The position numbers and the translations under genes were made by a program. Below, piece by piece: positions 1 to 12,523 of a DNA stretch of 64,000 nt. The stretch is taken from assembly GCA_048128005.1 (NCBI GenBank), contig JBEUKZ010000065.1, positions 62,001 to 126,000 of the forward strand. The letters run 5' to 3'. The notes beneath the pieces are model-generated. The model searched no databases, was not told the DNA's origin, and saw nothing but the letters and a program-made list of their open reading frames with translations. Position 1 is the stretch's first letter; each line of letters starts with the position of its first letter. Origin of the DNA: Veleropilina oligotropha (taxonomy: Eukaryota).

Positions 1-112
1 GTTTCCGTTATCTATGTAAGTAAAACTATTCCTCAAAGGGGGCACTTATACATGTAAATATGCTAGGGGGGCGCTTATAGGAGCAGGGGCGCTAAATAGG
101 TCGAATACGGTA
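1..112. mobile_element. Right end of a probable non-autonomous TIR DNA transposon in the last PDSS1 intron
   Basis: Repeated ggggcgctta-like subterminal motifs ending in ...gaatacggTA; the other end lies outside the window. Confidence 0.35.
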
Positions 113-178
113 TGTTGCAATCTTAACGTTTTAAGGTTTTGGTATCAGTGACTGCTCATTTCTTGTTGTCCCTTTTAG

Positions 179-319
179 AGCGATGGAGTGGCACAAACAC
201 GGATCCTAGCAGCGCAGCATGGTAAGGAGGCTGTCAGAATCGTGAGGCAGTTGTCCGAGACCGCAGTGCAGCAATCCCTCATAAATATAGTACAACTCGT
301 CTTAGAGCGACAGAAATAA
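179..319 (+). CDS. PDSS1: Last coding exon of decaprenyl-diphosphate synthase subunit 1 (trans-prenyltransferase); rest of gene upstream of window
   Basis: Polypyrimidine acceptor (tcttgttgtcccttttAG, 177-178), then SDGVAQTRILAAQHGKEAVRIVRQLSETAVQQSLINIVQLVLERQK* (TAA 317-319). This resembles the PDSS1 C-terminus as I recall it (SDGVQQTTYLAQQY...IVLTRDK). Confidence 0.85.
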   Translation, partial: SDGVAQTRILAAQHGKEAVRIVRQLSETAVQQSLINIVQLVLERQK

Positions 320-877
320 TGTTATTTTATCATAGGGTGTAGTTTATATTACAATGTGTGTGTACCAAAGTGCTATTTATGTAATATTGTACAAATATTG
401 TTGAATTTATTTTTGTTAATGTATAGAAAAATGAATAATTTTATCTGATAAACAAAAAGGATTCAATATCTGTTGAGATATTGTATGTTGTCTTATTGCC
501 GTTATGCTGCTGCCAATATTTGACTGATACATACTTTTTTATCCAATGACATTTATTGTTATATGACTGCATATTTTCGCCATCTCACATTGGGTAAAAG
601 GCGAACACGTGGTATTGGTTATGACGTTGTGTTCGCTGCTTGGTTGGTCAATATAATGAATTCATTGACTTGTTCTGCTCCTGCAGGTCAATATAAAGAA
701 TCCATTTCCGTGTTCTGCTCCCATTGGCTTAAAATCAATCCTTAATCTGTGTTAAACATAAATATCACTTTAGTTGATGCATAACTTATTTTCTTAGCGC
801 AGTGGCATGTTATAGAGTCGTTCAAGTGTTTGAAAAAGATATGGACAAAGCACGTTGAAAGCATCAGTTCTGTCAAG

Positions 878-948
878 TAACATTAGATTCTTTGATTTAA
901 TTGTCCAAGGCGAAGCTGAGGACAATTAAATCAAAGAATCTACTGTTA
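878..948. repeat. Short near-perfect palindrome (about 30-bp arms), probably the end of a non-autonomous element
   Basis: agattctttgatttaattgtcc ... ggacaattaaatcaaagaatct around a ggcgaagc loop. Confidence 0.6.
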
Positions 949-2586
949 TTAATATGTTCACTGACTTAATCAATTTTTCTTTTGTATAAACTGCCGATTC
1001 TCCCACACGAATCTCCGGCTGTAGCACTATTTCCTTCACTAATTGGAAGACACGTGGACGATTCCATTTTCCATCTTTATGAATAGAAGTTTCATGTGTT
1101 CGCAATTATACCAGCATGCAATTTCAACGCAAGCTTCATTTGGTATCAGGCCTTTGAACAGAGCACATGGGATGTACGTCTCTGGTAATATATATGATAT
1201 TGTATAACAACCATGCCAAACACTCGCTGCATACCGGTGCTGGGACAAAACCATCTGATCGGAGAGACTTGGAATGGAACACCGAATGTGACGTGATTAA
1301 AACTGGCCAAGTGGTCATAAAGCATGCAATCATTCACTCTTAAACCATTTTTGTGACGTCATTCTATTGTCTTGGCCCGTGGTCTAACTGACCATATTAT
1401 CAGTTAGACCATGGGGGACTACTTTCTTACACTAAAAATGGATGCATTAGGTTATTAAAATCATCTATTTTAAATTATTTTACACTTTTGCAATGGTTTA
1501 AGTCTGTTATATCACTCAGTTTGTGTTATCTAATCGGAAAAGCCCATGCAGTTAATTAACTGCACGCTTTTCCGATTAGACAACCAAACCTCGTCATGCG
1601 ATCCTGGTATGGGGTATTGGGTGCATTTGTGTTAAAGACAATACTATTGGTAGTGTTCAGCTCGAGTATGCGTATTGTGTACACATTTGCCATAAACTTA
1701 GGACTTACGCAAATGCAGAGAGCGAAACACCAGTGTAGAGCAATAGTAGAGAGAATTCATGATTTATTTAAATTCAAACACAATAACGAAGTAACTAGTA
1801 ATTTTATTAATATATGTAACGATATTTTTGGAATGAAACGCCTTCTTTTGAATTTTTATGAAACGACGTAGTTTTGTGGGGTTTCCTGGCATCGCAATGT
1901 CCATTCAATTTAATTGTTGCAGTCTATTTCTTGAATCCATGTTTGCCTCTGCCATTTTAACCCTTGGCTTTTTCGCAGTTCAGTGGGAAGTATACACTTG
2001 AATCCGAACACAAACCCTGGCATTTTTGTTACAAACTCCAGAGTCTGGTTTGCAACCACAACATTAGTGTCTCTTACAAATACAGCAAAAAGTGGTCGTT
2101 AAAAAAAAATATTGCCTACTCTTACAAAAATGCACCCTTGAATTAACGTAATCGTTATTGTTAACACAATGTGTGCATGTCAAATCTTCTTGCCATAATA
2201 TGTAGTCCCACTGTTTGTCATTCGTGCCTATCTGGTTTACTCTCTGGTGCCATGGATTGATCTGTGATGTTAGTATCTATATTGTACATGCAGAGCAATT
2301 CATTTCATCATTCAGTTGATTGGCTCAATTATGACTGAAAATTGTCAGCATAATCTTTGACACTGATATATCCATCCATCATTTTATATGGAATTTGCAA
2401 TTGTAGTACAGTAATGTGCAGTGCAGTATTAAAGTTGATTTATGTACATGATGTATCTTGACCTTTTTGTAACAATTAAAGGACAATATATTATCACATC
2501 TCTCTGGTAATTATAACCCTGTGGATATATAATGTTCCTTTCGTCTGACTTAGACCAGAATACATCTCAAAGTATTAACAGATTCA

Positions 2587-3572
2587 TTTTTAGCTCGACT
2601 ATTTTAATATAGTACGAGCTATTGCAGTCACCCTGTCGTCGGCGTCGGCGTTGGCGTCAAACTTCAGGTTAACATTTTGCATGAAGGGTCTTTTCTCACA
2701 AATTTTTCAAACTACAACTTTCAAACTTCATACACTTGTTCAATGTCATTATGCGACCTTACATATTAGGCGTAATAACTCTGGCTTCGTTGTTTTACCA
2801 AATTATTCCCCTTTTTCGACTTAGACAATTCAGGTTAATGTTTTGTATGAAGGGTCTTTTCTCACAAATTTTTCACACTACACCTTTCAAACTTCATACA
2901 CTTGTTCAACGTCATTATGCGACCTTACATTACAGGCGTAATAAATCTGGCTTCGTTATTTTACCAAATTATTCCCCTTTTTCGACTTAGACAAGTCAGG
3001 TTAATGTTTTGCATGAAGGGTCTTTTTTCACAATTTTTTCACACTACACCTTTCAAACTTCATACACTTGTTCAACGTCATTATGCGACCTTACATTACA
3101 GGCGTAATAAATCTGGCTTCGTTATTTTACCAAATTATTCCCCTTTTTCGACTTAGACAATTCAGGTTAATGTTTTGCATGAAGGGTCTTTTCTCACAAA
3201 TTTTTCACACTACACCTTTCAAACTTCATACACTTGTTCAACGTCATTATGCGACCTTACATTACAGGCGTAATAAATCTGGCTTCGTTATTTTACCAAA
3301 TTATTCCCCTTTTTCGACTTAGACAATTCAGGTTAATGTTTTGCATGAAGGGCCTTTTCTCACAAAGTCAACTTCAGGTTAACATTTTGCATGAAGGGCC
3401 TTTTCTCACAAAGTGTTCACACTACAGCCTTGAAACTTCATACGCTTGTCACATCATTATGCGAACTTGCAATACAAGGGCCATAACTCTAGCTTCATTT
3501 TTACCAAATTATTTCCATTCATCGATCCAGCTTTTGATAGTCGAGCATGCTGTCCTTCTGACAGCTCTTGTT
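2587..3572. mobile_element. Helentron-associated (HINE-like) non-autonomous element with a 166-bp tandem core
   Basis: T-rich start with sub-TIR agctcgactat and its inverse atagtcgagc near 3537; (GTCGGC)n microsatellite; about 4-5 near-identical 166-bp units; terminal hairpin gctgtccttctgacagc + tcttgtt. Confidence 0.8.
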
Positions 3573-4089
3573 ATTTGGTGGATTGATGAAGTCAGAAATA
3601 ACCAATTTCATGTAAATTTGCTGGATAGATTCTGCAGGATCTTTATCTCATTTTGAAGGTCACGGGATGCACTTTAGCATTTTGTTCATTCAGTTGTTAC
3701 TGCAAAAACGAGAGACAAAATTAACAACTTTCATTTGTATTTTGTGTAGATTCCTTTGAAAATGCCACACACCACAGTTGAGTACGATGACCTTGACCTC
3801 ATTTTCCAGGTCATTGGAGGCTATTTACAAGTTCTGGTTATTGCGATATCTCGAGACAAAATTGACAAATTTATGAGAACTTAAATCATCTCTCTTTGCT
3901 AGTTTCAATTTTGAAGATTGATAATATTGACTTTCGAAAGCTTTGTTTGCTTGTTTATATATGAAACTCTTAATTCAATATTCACCCCAATTCTCAATCT
4001 GCCATTTTGCACCATATTTACTTCACTGAAAAATACGATATCTATTAAACTTTCAGCTCTGGCCGGGAAATCTATATGCTGATGCATAA

Positions 4090-4324
4090 AGACGGTCTCA
4101 CACGGTGCGATTTTAGTTGAGATATCGTAGGATATGCCGAGGTAAGGTTTCCTGCAATACCATTCTGTACTGTCGTAGCATAGATTCTTGAATAGTGTAC
4201 GCAACATTGTAGGTGATCACAAAAATCGCTGTGTGCGAGGGAAGCATCATGCGATTATCTACGATATGAGACTAAGATACGACAGGATGTCTCATCATAG
4301 AGAAAACCACACGTGAGACTGCCC
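4090..4324. mobile_element. Possible small MITE (Harbinger-like)
   Basis: Imperfect TIRs gacggtctcacacg / cacgtgagactgcc in a TAA context. Confidence 0.35.
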
Positions 4325-4382
4325 TAAATCCAATTTGCGTCATTACCTTGAAATTTTGTCATGTCCCTGGACGTTATTTAGG

Positions 4383-4523
4383 ATATAGAGGATCTCAAAT
4401 GAGTGGTAATGTAATATCACATTTATGAAACGAATTTCACTAATTTTCAGGAAAATATGAAAATTAGTTAAACGAGTTTCATAAATGTGATATTACATGA
4501 CCACGAGTGTGAGGTTCTATTTA
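4383..4523. repeat. Imperfect palindrome, about 65-bp arms
   Basis: atgtaatatcacatttatgaaac...taattttca / tgaaaatta...gtttcataaatgtgatattacat. Confidence 0.7.
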
Positions 4524-5965
4524 TCACATATTGCTCTTTGGTAGGAAAAAAACTAAAACACACGAAATTGCCTTACCGGTCGAAAAATCAGCAGTAGATT
4601 TATGGCGTAGTGATATGTAAACAGTTTGACCTCATCCCTCCGGGAGCGCGAAATTTCGCACATTGGGTACGTGTTGGGGAATCCCCTTAATACCATGCAC
4701 TCATTGGTTAAAATTGTGAGTCATCTGCTATAAATAAACTGTCTACCGATACATGGCGGCACTTTTAGGTCATCCCTGCCAATGTGGGTCATTTTATCGC
4801 CAGTTGTTCTCGGCTTGTTCATATAAGTAGACTTGGCTATTTTTCGTGAAATGGCTATATATATGCAGCGTATTCGAGGATTATATGTTTTACATGATGT
4901 GAAACGATTGTTAGATAAGATGAGTGATTTTAATTTAGATGAATACGATGATTCTGAACATTCTGATATTGATGGTGGATCCTAATGGGGGTTTAATGAT
5001 ATCAACCACGCCCACCCCCAGGAACCGATGACAGTGATCAAAATGAATATTATTTTGTTGATAGTGATTCTTACGATCGTGGGGTTGCTAGATGAGGGAA
5101 TGTGTATGTAAACAAGAGGCAGGCCTTCACAACATATGGGCAAGGTGCTGGCCATGCCAGACCACGTTTACGTGGGCGTGGTCATGGTCGTAGGCGTGGC
5201 AGACATGCCTGATCTCGGAGTTATGTGACAATCTAAAGTATAATACTGGAGATAGATGTATATAAGTTGTATTTTACAGGCAATTACATAAACGGATGAA
5301 AATGTACCAATATTTATTTCTTGAAATAAAACCCCCCAAAACAATGGCATTCGCAGCAAATGTTGTTGAAACGGCAGCCATTTTGAATCCATAATTAGGT
5401 CACATGTCCTCATTTACATATTTTTATGATTACCCTTACTGATGCAACTAAGTATGCATAGCCCAATACAAGTTTGAATGTGTCATACTACATCAAATGT
5501 GAAACAGAGGACTGTATAACATTAGCATATGTCCACACCTAATGCTCCATGAAATTTAGCCAAAACCATTGCACGTCAAATAAATGTCCTCAAATTTCTA
5601 AATATTGGAATATTTTAACCTTTGAGATGTCATTTTGAAGATGAGATCCCCATATTTATGCTAAAAAGATAAATTTCATCATATATCACACCATAAGTTA
5701 CATCTTCAGTTGCCAAAGTCAAAATATGTAGAATTCTGAACCTTTTAGGATGCCATTTTGAATATATAATGAGGTCATGTGACCTAATTTGCATATTTTC
5801 TGGGTTCCACTTTGAAGAACAACTAATACACTTGCAGTATATAAGTATATATATGGTTTATTCGGGTTTACTACAATATTTTACAGGTAAATTGTTAGTA
5901 TCTAACATGTATATAAATCCTCAGAAAGTCAGTAGGGAGGAGGTTAATGCAAAAGGGAAGCAGAA

Positions 5966-6214
5966 TGATGCTTAATGTCCTGTATATTTACAACATCGAG
6001 GTTCAAGGCAGGACATGTCCGTGTTATCGCAGGAGGAAACCCTGGTCGCCCGGGTAAACCCGCCCTCTTCGGCCAGTCATGGACAACTGTGATTCATAAC
6101 TTGAACAAATTTCAATGCCTCAGCCAGGTATTGAACCCACTACTGTTCGCATTAGCGGAATCAAGCCAGTGAATTTAGAGTGGACACTCGACCCACTGCG
6201 CTGCCGAAGCGGCC
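5966..6214 (-). mobile_element. tRNA-derived SINE
   Basis: Minus-strand head ggccgcttcggcagcgcagtggg (A-box-like) ... ggttcaatacc (B box); near-identical copy at 8012-8291. Confidence 0.75.
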
Positions 6215-6767
6215 TATTGCAAAAGGCATAGTGTCGACTCGTTACATAAATTAGTAACAATGCCGTCTAAAAAGAGTGCGAAAGTAGTTCATTAATGAAG
6301 TTAACTAACAAATATTCTTTGAAAATGAACCGATGTAACTTTATATGAACGTATCAGAATAACAATTTTCATTAAGATTTAAAGCTATCTGCCAAAAACA
6401 GTAACGCGGGATATATGCGTCGCCGACCGGTTTGCATCTGTCATTTGACATCTGCTATCGCAGAGCCACGTACCTGCATAAATGTGATTGTTGCGTCTGC
6501 AATCTCGTTACCTTGAAATCAGTTCCAATAATCTCTACCATGTTGTTGTTTTATGGCCGTTGTTAGTTGAGCCGTGTAAACGGAGAAACTATTGTATTGA
6601 GGCTGTCTGTGGGTCCATCTGTCTGTGTGGTGGACGGTGTATGTCCACAATGACTTTACATGGCTCAACTATGCTTCCTCTCGGATGCGCTTGTTATAAA
6701 TGTTTCCACTATCCACTAATGTCAACATTAAAAATATTGGCGGCAATCACGTTATGACATTCTAGTA

Positions 6768-7548
6768 AACTAGCGAATCCTCGACCCAGCAAGTCGAAGG
6801 GATGTATCCCCTCCCACGTTAGCTAAAATCAATAGGCACAGTGTCCTCATCATACCAAATTTGAATCAAATCGGATTAGAACTTTTCACTGTAGATCGCG
6901 CACAAGAAATATCTCAAATAAAATGGCTGCTGCGATGGCCATCTTGGATCCTAAACCAAACGGAAATCGTTAGATGGCGTGTCCACATCATAACTACTGT
7001 GCATATTAAATCGGAAAATAACTTCACTGTAGAGGGCACAAAAGACATCTCTTCAAATAAAATGGCCGCTGTGGCGTCCATCTTGGATCCAAAAACGACG
7101 AAAATCGTTAGGTGGCGTGTCCTCATCATAACTAACATGCATATCAAATTTGAATCAAATCTGATAATAACTTTTCACTGTAGAGCGCGCACAAGAAATA
7201 TAATCAATAAAAATGGGTGCCAAGGCAGCCATTTTGGATCCGAAAACGACGAAAATATTTAGGCGGCATGTCCTCATCACAACTAAAGCGCATACCAAAT
7301 AGGAATCAAATCGGACAATCACTTTTCAATGTAGAGCGCGCACAAGAAATCTCGTCAAACAAAATGGCCACCACGGTGGCCATCTTGGATCCGAAAACGA
7401 TGAAAATCATTAGGTGGCGTGTCCTCTTCATACCTGACGTGCATACCAAATTTGAATCAAATCGGATTAGAAGCTTTCACTGTATAGCGCACACAAGAAA
7501 TCTCTGCGGCAGAACGATGCATAAACCATACTATCCCCGAAATTTTAA
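6768..7548. mobile_element. HINE-like element, family C (aaaatggc / gaatcaaatcggatt core repeats)
   Basis: Starts aactagcgaatcctcgacccagcaagtcgaaggg and has diverged tandem cores; a second copy lies at 12784-13420. Confidence 0.7.
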
Positions 7549-8011
7549 ATTAACAGAAGTGCGCTCGACCTTTAGTGACACGCATTTCTATTGGCTGTTC
7601 TAATTTCATTCATTAAATCATCTAATCGCATTTCGATATGGCTGTTGACGCACGTGTATTACGACGAATAATACACGGTGTTGCACTAGGGGAAAATGAC
7701 CCAAGATATGTGATAATGATTGTCTTCAAATCGCCACATCCACAGAGATATCTTGTGCCCTGTACAGTTTACAGTTACAATCCGATTTGATATGCACATT
7801 AGTTATGCTGTCACGACCCCAATCGAATTTAGCAAATTTTCACATTCAATGATTCTACGATTTTGCTTGTTGAAGTCAAACATTTTCTATTGTGCTATTG
7901 CAGATCGAAACAATGCCTAAATATGATGTGAATCTCAACAGACTACTCCAAAATGGCTGATCTGCCCCGAAAGTTGATAACGAAGCGAAACCAAGCTCGA
8001 GGGAGGAGGAC

Positions 8012-8291
8012 TGATGCTTAATGTCCTGTATATTTACAACATCGAGGTTCAAGGCAGGACCTGTATATTTACAACATCGAGGTTCAAGGCAGGACATGTC
8101 CGTGTTATCGCGGGAGAAAAACCCCAGTCGCCCGGGTAAATCCGCCCTCTTCAGCCAGTCACGGACAACTGTGATTCATAACTTGAACAAATTTCAATGC
8201 CTCAACCAGGTATTGAACCCACTACTGTTCGCATTAGCGGAATCAAGCCAGTGAGAGTGGACACTCTACCCACTGCGCTGCCGAAGCGGCC
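8012..8291 (-). mobile_element. tRNA-derived SINE, same family, with an internal ~34-bp tandem duplication
   Basis: High identity to 5966-6214; cctgtatatttacaacatcgaggttcaaggcagga is duplicated. Confidence 0.75.
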
Positions 8292-10322
8292 TCGAAACAA
8301 AGCTTGACATTTTGTAGCAAATTGTAGATTTCGCAAAATGAAACTATCTGGATCGAGGACATGCAAGCCAGGCAACATTAATACGTTTTCGGTATTATGT
8401 TTATAGTATCCTATTTAACAGGCAAAGCCATCAACGATCTCGCATTGGGAGTTTAACATCAGTGACGTCCGTCATCATTTTGACACACAAATGACATGAC
8501 TTTTTAGAATAATAATTACACTTCAGAAAATGATAGAAACAAACCAAACTGATTAAAGAAATTGAAGATTTTAATCTCATTTGTACAGACACAATATATG
8601 CATAATTATAATTAAATATTTACCCTTTGTTGATAATCAGGAGCAGACAACTCTAAATGAACAAACATTATTGCAATGGTTATATTGCATCACAGGAACA
8701 AACAAGAGCAGCCCATTATTGCTGCAAGGGGTTCTGATATTTGTTGAATATTTTGCCCTCCCATCACAAAAATCAGGCACACATTATGACTAACCGCAGC
8801 TTGATACGAAATGATTAAGAGACCATGAAAGACAAATTAATGAGGTTGCATGGAGCAGTTGCCACAGTACTATATAAAATAACATTACGCTTGTTACAAT
8901 GGCTCACATTTTGTAGATCAGCTCTTAATTATTACTTCGGTGTGATTACACAGGAACTATTGCATGAATGTCGATTTTTTTTTTCAAAGCTGTTGATTTC
9001 AATAACACTATGCTGAATGTTTATAATTCTCAAATGGATACAAGCTCATTGTTACGACTTCAGACCTTGCCTGCTTGTACTTGGGCATAAGCTTGAATTT
9101 ATTTAATTATAAAATTATTTATTAATGACTCACTAAATATTGCTTTAATGCTTGCATGCTAGATCTATTGACATGTTAAATGCATCCCTGGCATCTTATA
9201 AGAACAAAATAAAAGTAATCGCAACTGAAAAATATTTTGGTATTGACAATGCGGTCCCTTAAATTCTCCAATCTTAGAAATTTGGCTGACTAAGCATCAT
9301 TAAATTTCGTACCCGTTATTCATAATATCGTATAAACATATGAAATGAAACAATGAATACACAAAATTAAAATTTGTAATAAATGAAAGTAACATAATTT
9401 GCAAGATGTGTTGTAGAATAAATTCAGATCAAGTACAACAAATATTTCTGGAACAAACTAAACGTCATCTAGTATGTGTTTTCTTTAATGTTTGAATATA
9501 AAACTATTATGCTAACGATACCAGACACAGTCTGTGGATTATTATGAGAGTTCATTAAATGGCACACTTTGCTTTATAATTTTGTCAACAGTAGATTGCC
9601 TGTCTCCCCACGCACAGGTCATCTGCTCCAGCACTAACAGAATAATGGCAAGATTCTGCACCACACATCATCTGCGTCACGACCGTGGTCCACATTACAC
9701 ATAGGCAGGTGGGTTCCATCGCACTGTGACCGCATAACAGACAGGTGATCACACTTATGTACTGTTATCATACAAATTATGCATGCAATATTGCTGTAAA
9801 ACTTACGAAATGCACCCGTCAATATGAAAACATTTAGTATATACAAATTTCAATATAACGCTGCTCTTTGTTATGATGTGACACTGGACATGATTGGACC
9901 AGATTATATATATGCTCAACGATTTACATTAATATGACAGTACAGTTGAAATCTATTTGGCACAGGTTTTTTTAGGAGTTCAAAGTTTTTCGATAAAAAC
10001 ACAAAACATGAAGGAGAAACAAGACTGAACAAGTATGGAATGATATAAACTTCAACACACAAGTTTATACGATTCCTACAGCCAGGAATTGTGCAAAACA
10101 AACAAATAAAATACGTTAAACTGGATCCCAACAAACAAACAACCCTGCACTTGTCCATCTACATAAATAGCAACTAATAACACTAACACAGCCAATGGCT
10201 GATGTGGGTCAATAACCAACATGCAATTCCACAGACTAGTGTGTTCCCAGATTATTTATTAAAGGAAATGTGAAAAGACTTTACTCATGATAACAGTATC
10301 ATATTTTCAGTGATGCCTTCTT

Positions 10323-10641
10323 TGTGGGCGTGTGGGCGTGTGGGTGTGTGCCTGTGTGGGTGCGCGCGTGTGGGTGTGCGCGCGTGTGGGTGTGCGCGCG
10401 TGTGGGTGTGCGCGCGTGTGGGTGTGCGCGCGTGTGGGTGTGCGCGCGTGTGGGTGTGCGCGCGTGTGGGTGTGCGCGCGTGTGGGTGTGCGCGCGTGTG
10501 GGTGTGCGCACGTGTGGGTGTGTGGGTGTGGGTGTGTGCGCGTGTGGGTGTGTGCGCGTGTGGGTGTGTGCGCGTGTGGGCGTGTGCGCGTGTGGGTGTG
10601 TGGGTGTGTGCGTGTGTGGGCGTGTGGGTGTGTGGGCGTGC
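10323..10641. repeat. GT/GC-rich satellite, 16-bp unit TGTGGGTGTGCGCGCG
   Basis: Directly visible tandem array. Confidence 0.95.
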
Positions 10642-10854
10642 TTATTGCCCATTGTAATTGAGACATTTCCATATCTGTTTTGGCCACTTATGGACAACAG
10701 TGACTGTTGCTTCCACAAAGTGCAGAATTGAAACTTCCAACCCACGTCTGTGAATCCGAGCAGCGATGAGAATTGGGAGCCACTCTGATCCATCACTGGA
10801 CGGCCTCAACATGGATCGGATGATGATTAATATCCTGCATATTTTCAACCTTCG

Positions 10855-11040
10855 GATATGTCCATATTATCGCGAGAGGAAACCCGCCCCCTCCGGCCGG
10901 TTAAAGACAACTGCGATTGATAACTGAACAAAGAATGTCATTAATTCAACCGAGATTTGAACCCACTCCTGTTAGTTACAGCAATGGAGCCAGTGATTTC
11001 AGAGTCTGCACTTGAAACCACACAACTACCAAAGCGGCCG
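10855..11040 (-). mobile_element. Diverged SINE of a related family
   Basis: atgtccatattatcgc...ggaaacc...ttgaacccact...gccagtga...agcggcc is colinear with the 5966 copy. Confidence 0.6.
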
Positions 11041-12401
11041 CCTCGACACGCCTTGAATATTAATTCGGAGAGCATACTTTACAAATTTGGTCTTCCATAA
11101 GTAAAGAGTGGACTGTAGTGTAAGGAGACATTATTAATAAGATCAGTTTTACACAGAAGAATAGTTAATGCCCATGTTACCTGCATATATATTGTGAAAC
11201 GTTTTATCGGACGATAAATAAAATTTAAGCTTGTGGTACACTCGTCCAATTGAAATAAACTTGGTTCAGCCCCAAGATAACTGTGCAAGGGGTACGCTTA
11301 ATGTAAGCTACCCCACAACGACCGAGTACAGCTATCGCTCGGATTCAGCAGTGCTAATAGCAATCTCGCATTATCTGTCTCGTCATATGATCAATTTTAT
11401 TTATATAATATGTATGTGTATACATAAAACAGTAATACATATAAATATATACAGTATATTAGATCTCGCAATGACATTAACAACCATTTCCTTTACTTGT
11501 CTTTGTTCTTTACAATGCAGGGATGACGTCTGCTATATTAAATATTATGCATGTATGAAACATACAGCTTTAGTGCCTCCATCACTGAAAATTATACTGT
11601 CTGTCGACTGCCATTTGTTAACAATGCAATTCAGAGATTCCTGAATTAAACAGTGACAATATTTCAGACCTTTGCCTCATATCACCCAGTAATGGTGTTT
11701 CACAGATGATGGAAGTCTTATAGCACTGAACGATTATGCATTAAAAACAACAAGGGTGTCTTGTAGAGATATAACGATTTCAACATGTACCGACAAGGTC
11801 GCTTACATTGCTGAACAGGTTCTTTGTACAAAATATAATACTGAAGTTGCCTATATACAATAAAACTCTGGCACAAAATTATAACTTACTACAGTCTTTC
11901 TCGTTGTCGGTAGGCATCATAATAACACAATAATTATTAACAATAATTCGTACCCTTTTTGAGCGATAAGAGTCTATTGCATACTCCTGATATGCAATGC
12001 TCCGGCAATATATAGTGACAGATGCACACAGCTGCCTTTTGATTGGTCACCTGGGGTAGCAGATCCCAGTCACATGACCTCGTAACATGGTCTCATTGAT
12101 CAGCTCCTATCCAATCGCATGATCGCCTACATGAACATGTGGCTTCAATTCTGAAGACTCTGTCATGCATTTGTAGCCATGGCCTGAACAGATTGCACAT
12201 TCTGGACGAATGTTGAGACAGCTTCATCCCAGATATTCAAGACTTTATCGTTCCTTGCCTGTCCGGCCACTCTCTGAAGATATCCCTGAAATACTTGATG
12301 CCCGGGGCCGTGATAACAGCGCCAGAGGCATTAATAAAAATAACCAGGAGTCCGTAGATAAGATATATTGCCAAATAACAGTATCATCACGTACTCGCAT
12401 G

Positions 12402-12523
12402 TCAAAGACTGTCGTGTAGCTGCGTGAAGTCTGCACACTGTGTTGAATTGTTGATCACAGTCCGGTGGGGGTCTTCCTTGACCTGCCCATCTGTACCGAT
12501 TTCTGAACTGTCCAATGTACCCT
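12402..12523 (-). CDS. ihog/CDON: Ihog/CDON terminal coding exon
   Basis: T-rich acceptor TTTTTAG|AG; EGTLDSSEIGTDGQVKEDPHRTVINNSTQCADFTQLHDSL*, TGA at 12402-12404. Confidence 0.72.

Noticed and set aside
2736..3656. Four near-identical ORFs resembling a tandem gene array
   Set aside because: They follow the 166-bp core of a non-autonomous element.
6110..6214. Possible tRNA gene
   Set aside because: A/B boxes belong to a multi-copy SINE head, and no clean cloverleaf is evident.
10299..10796. His/Thr- and Cys/Val-rich ORFs
   Set aside because: Microsatellite translation artefacts.
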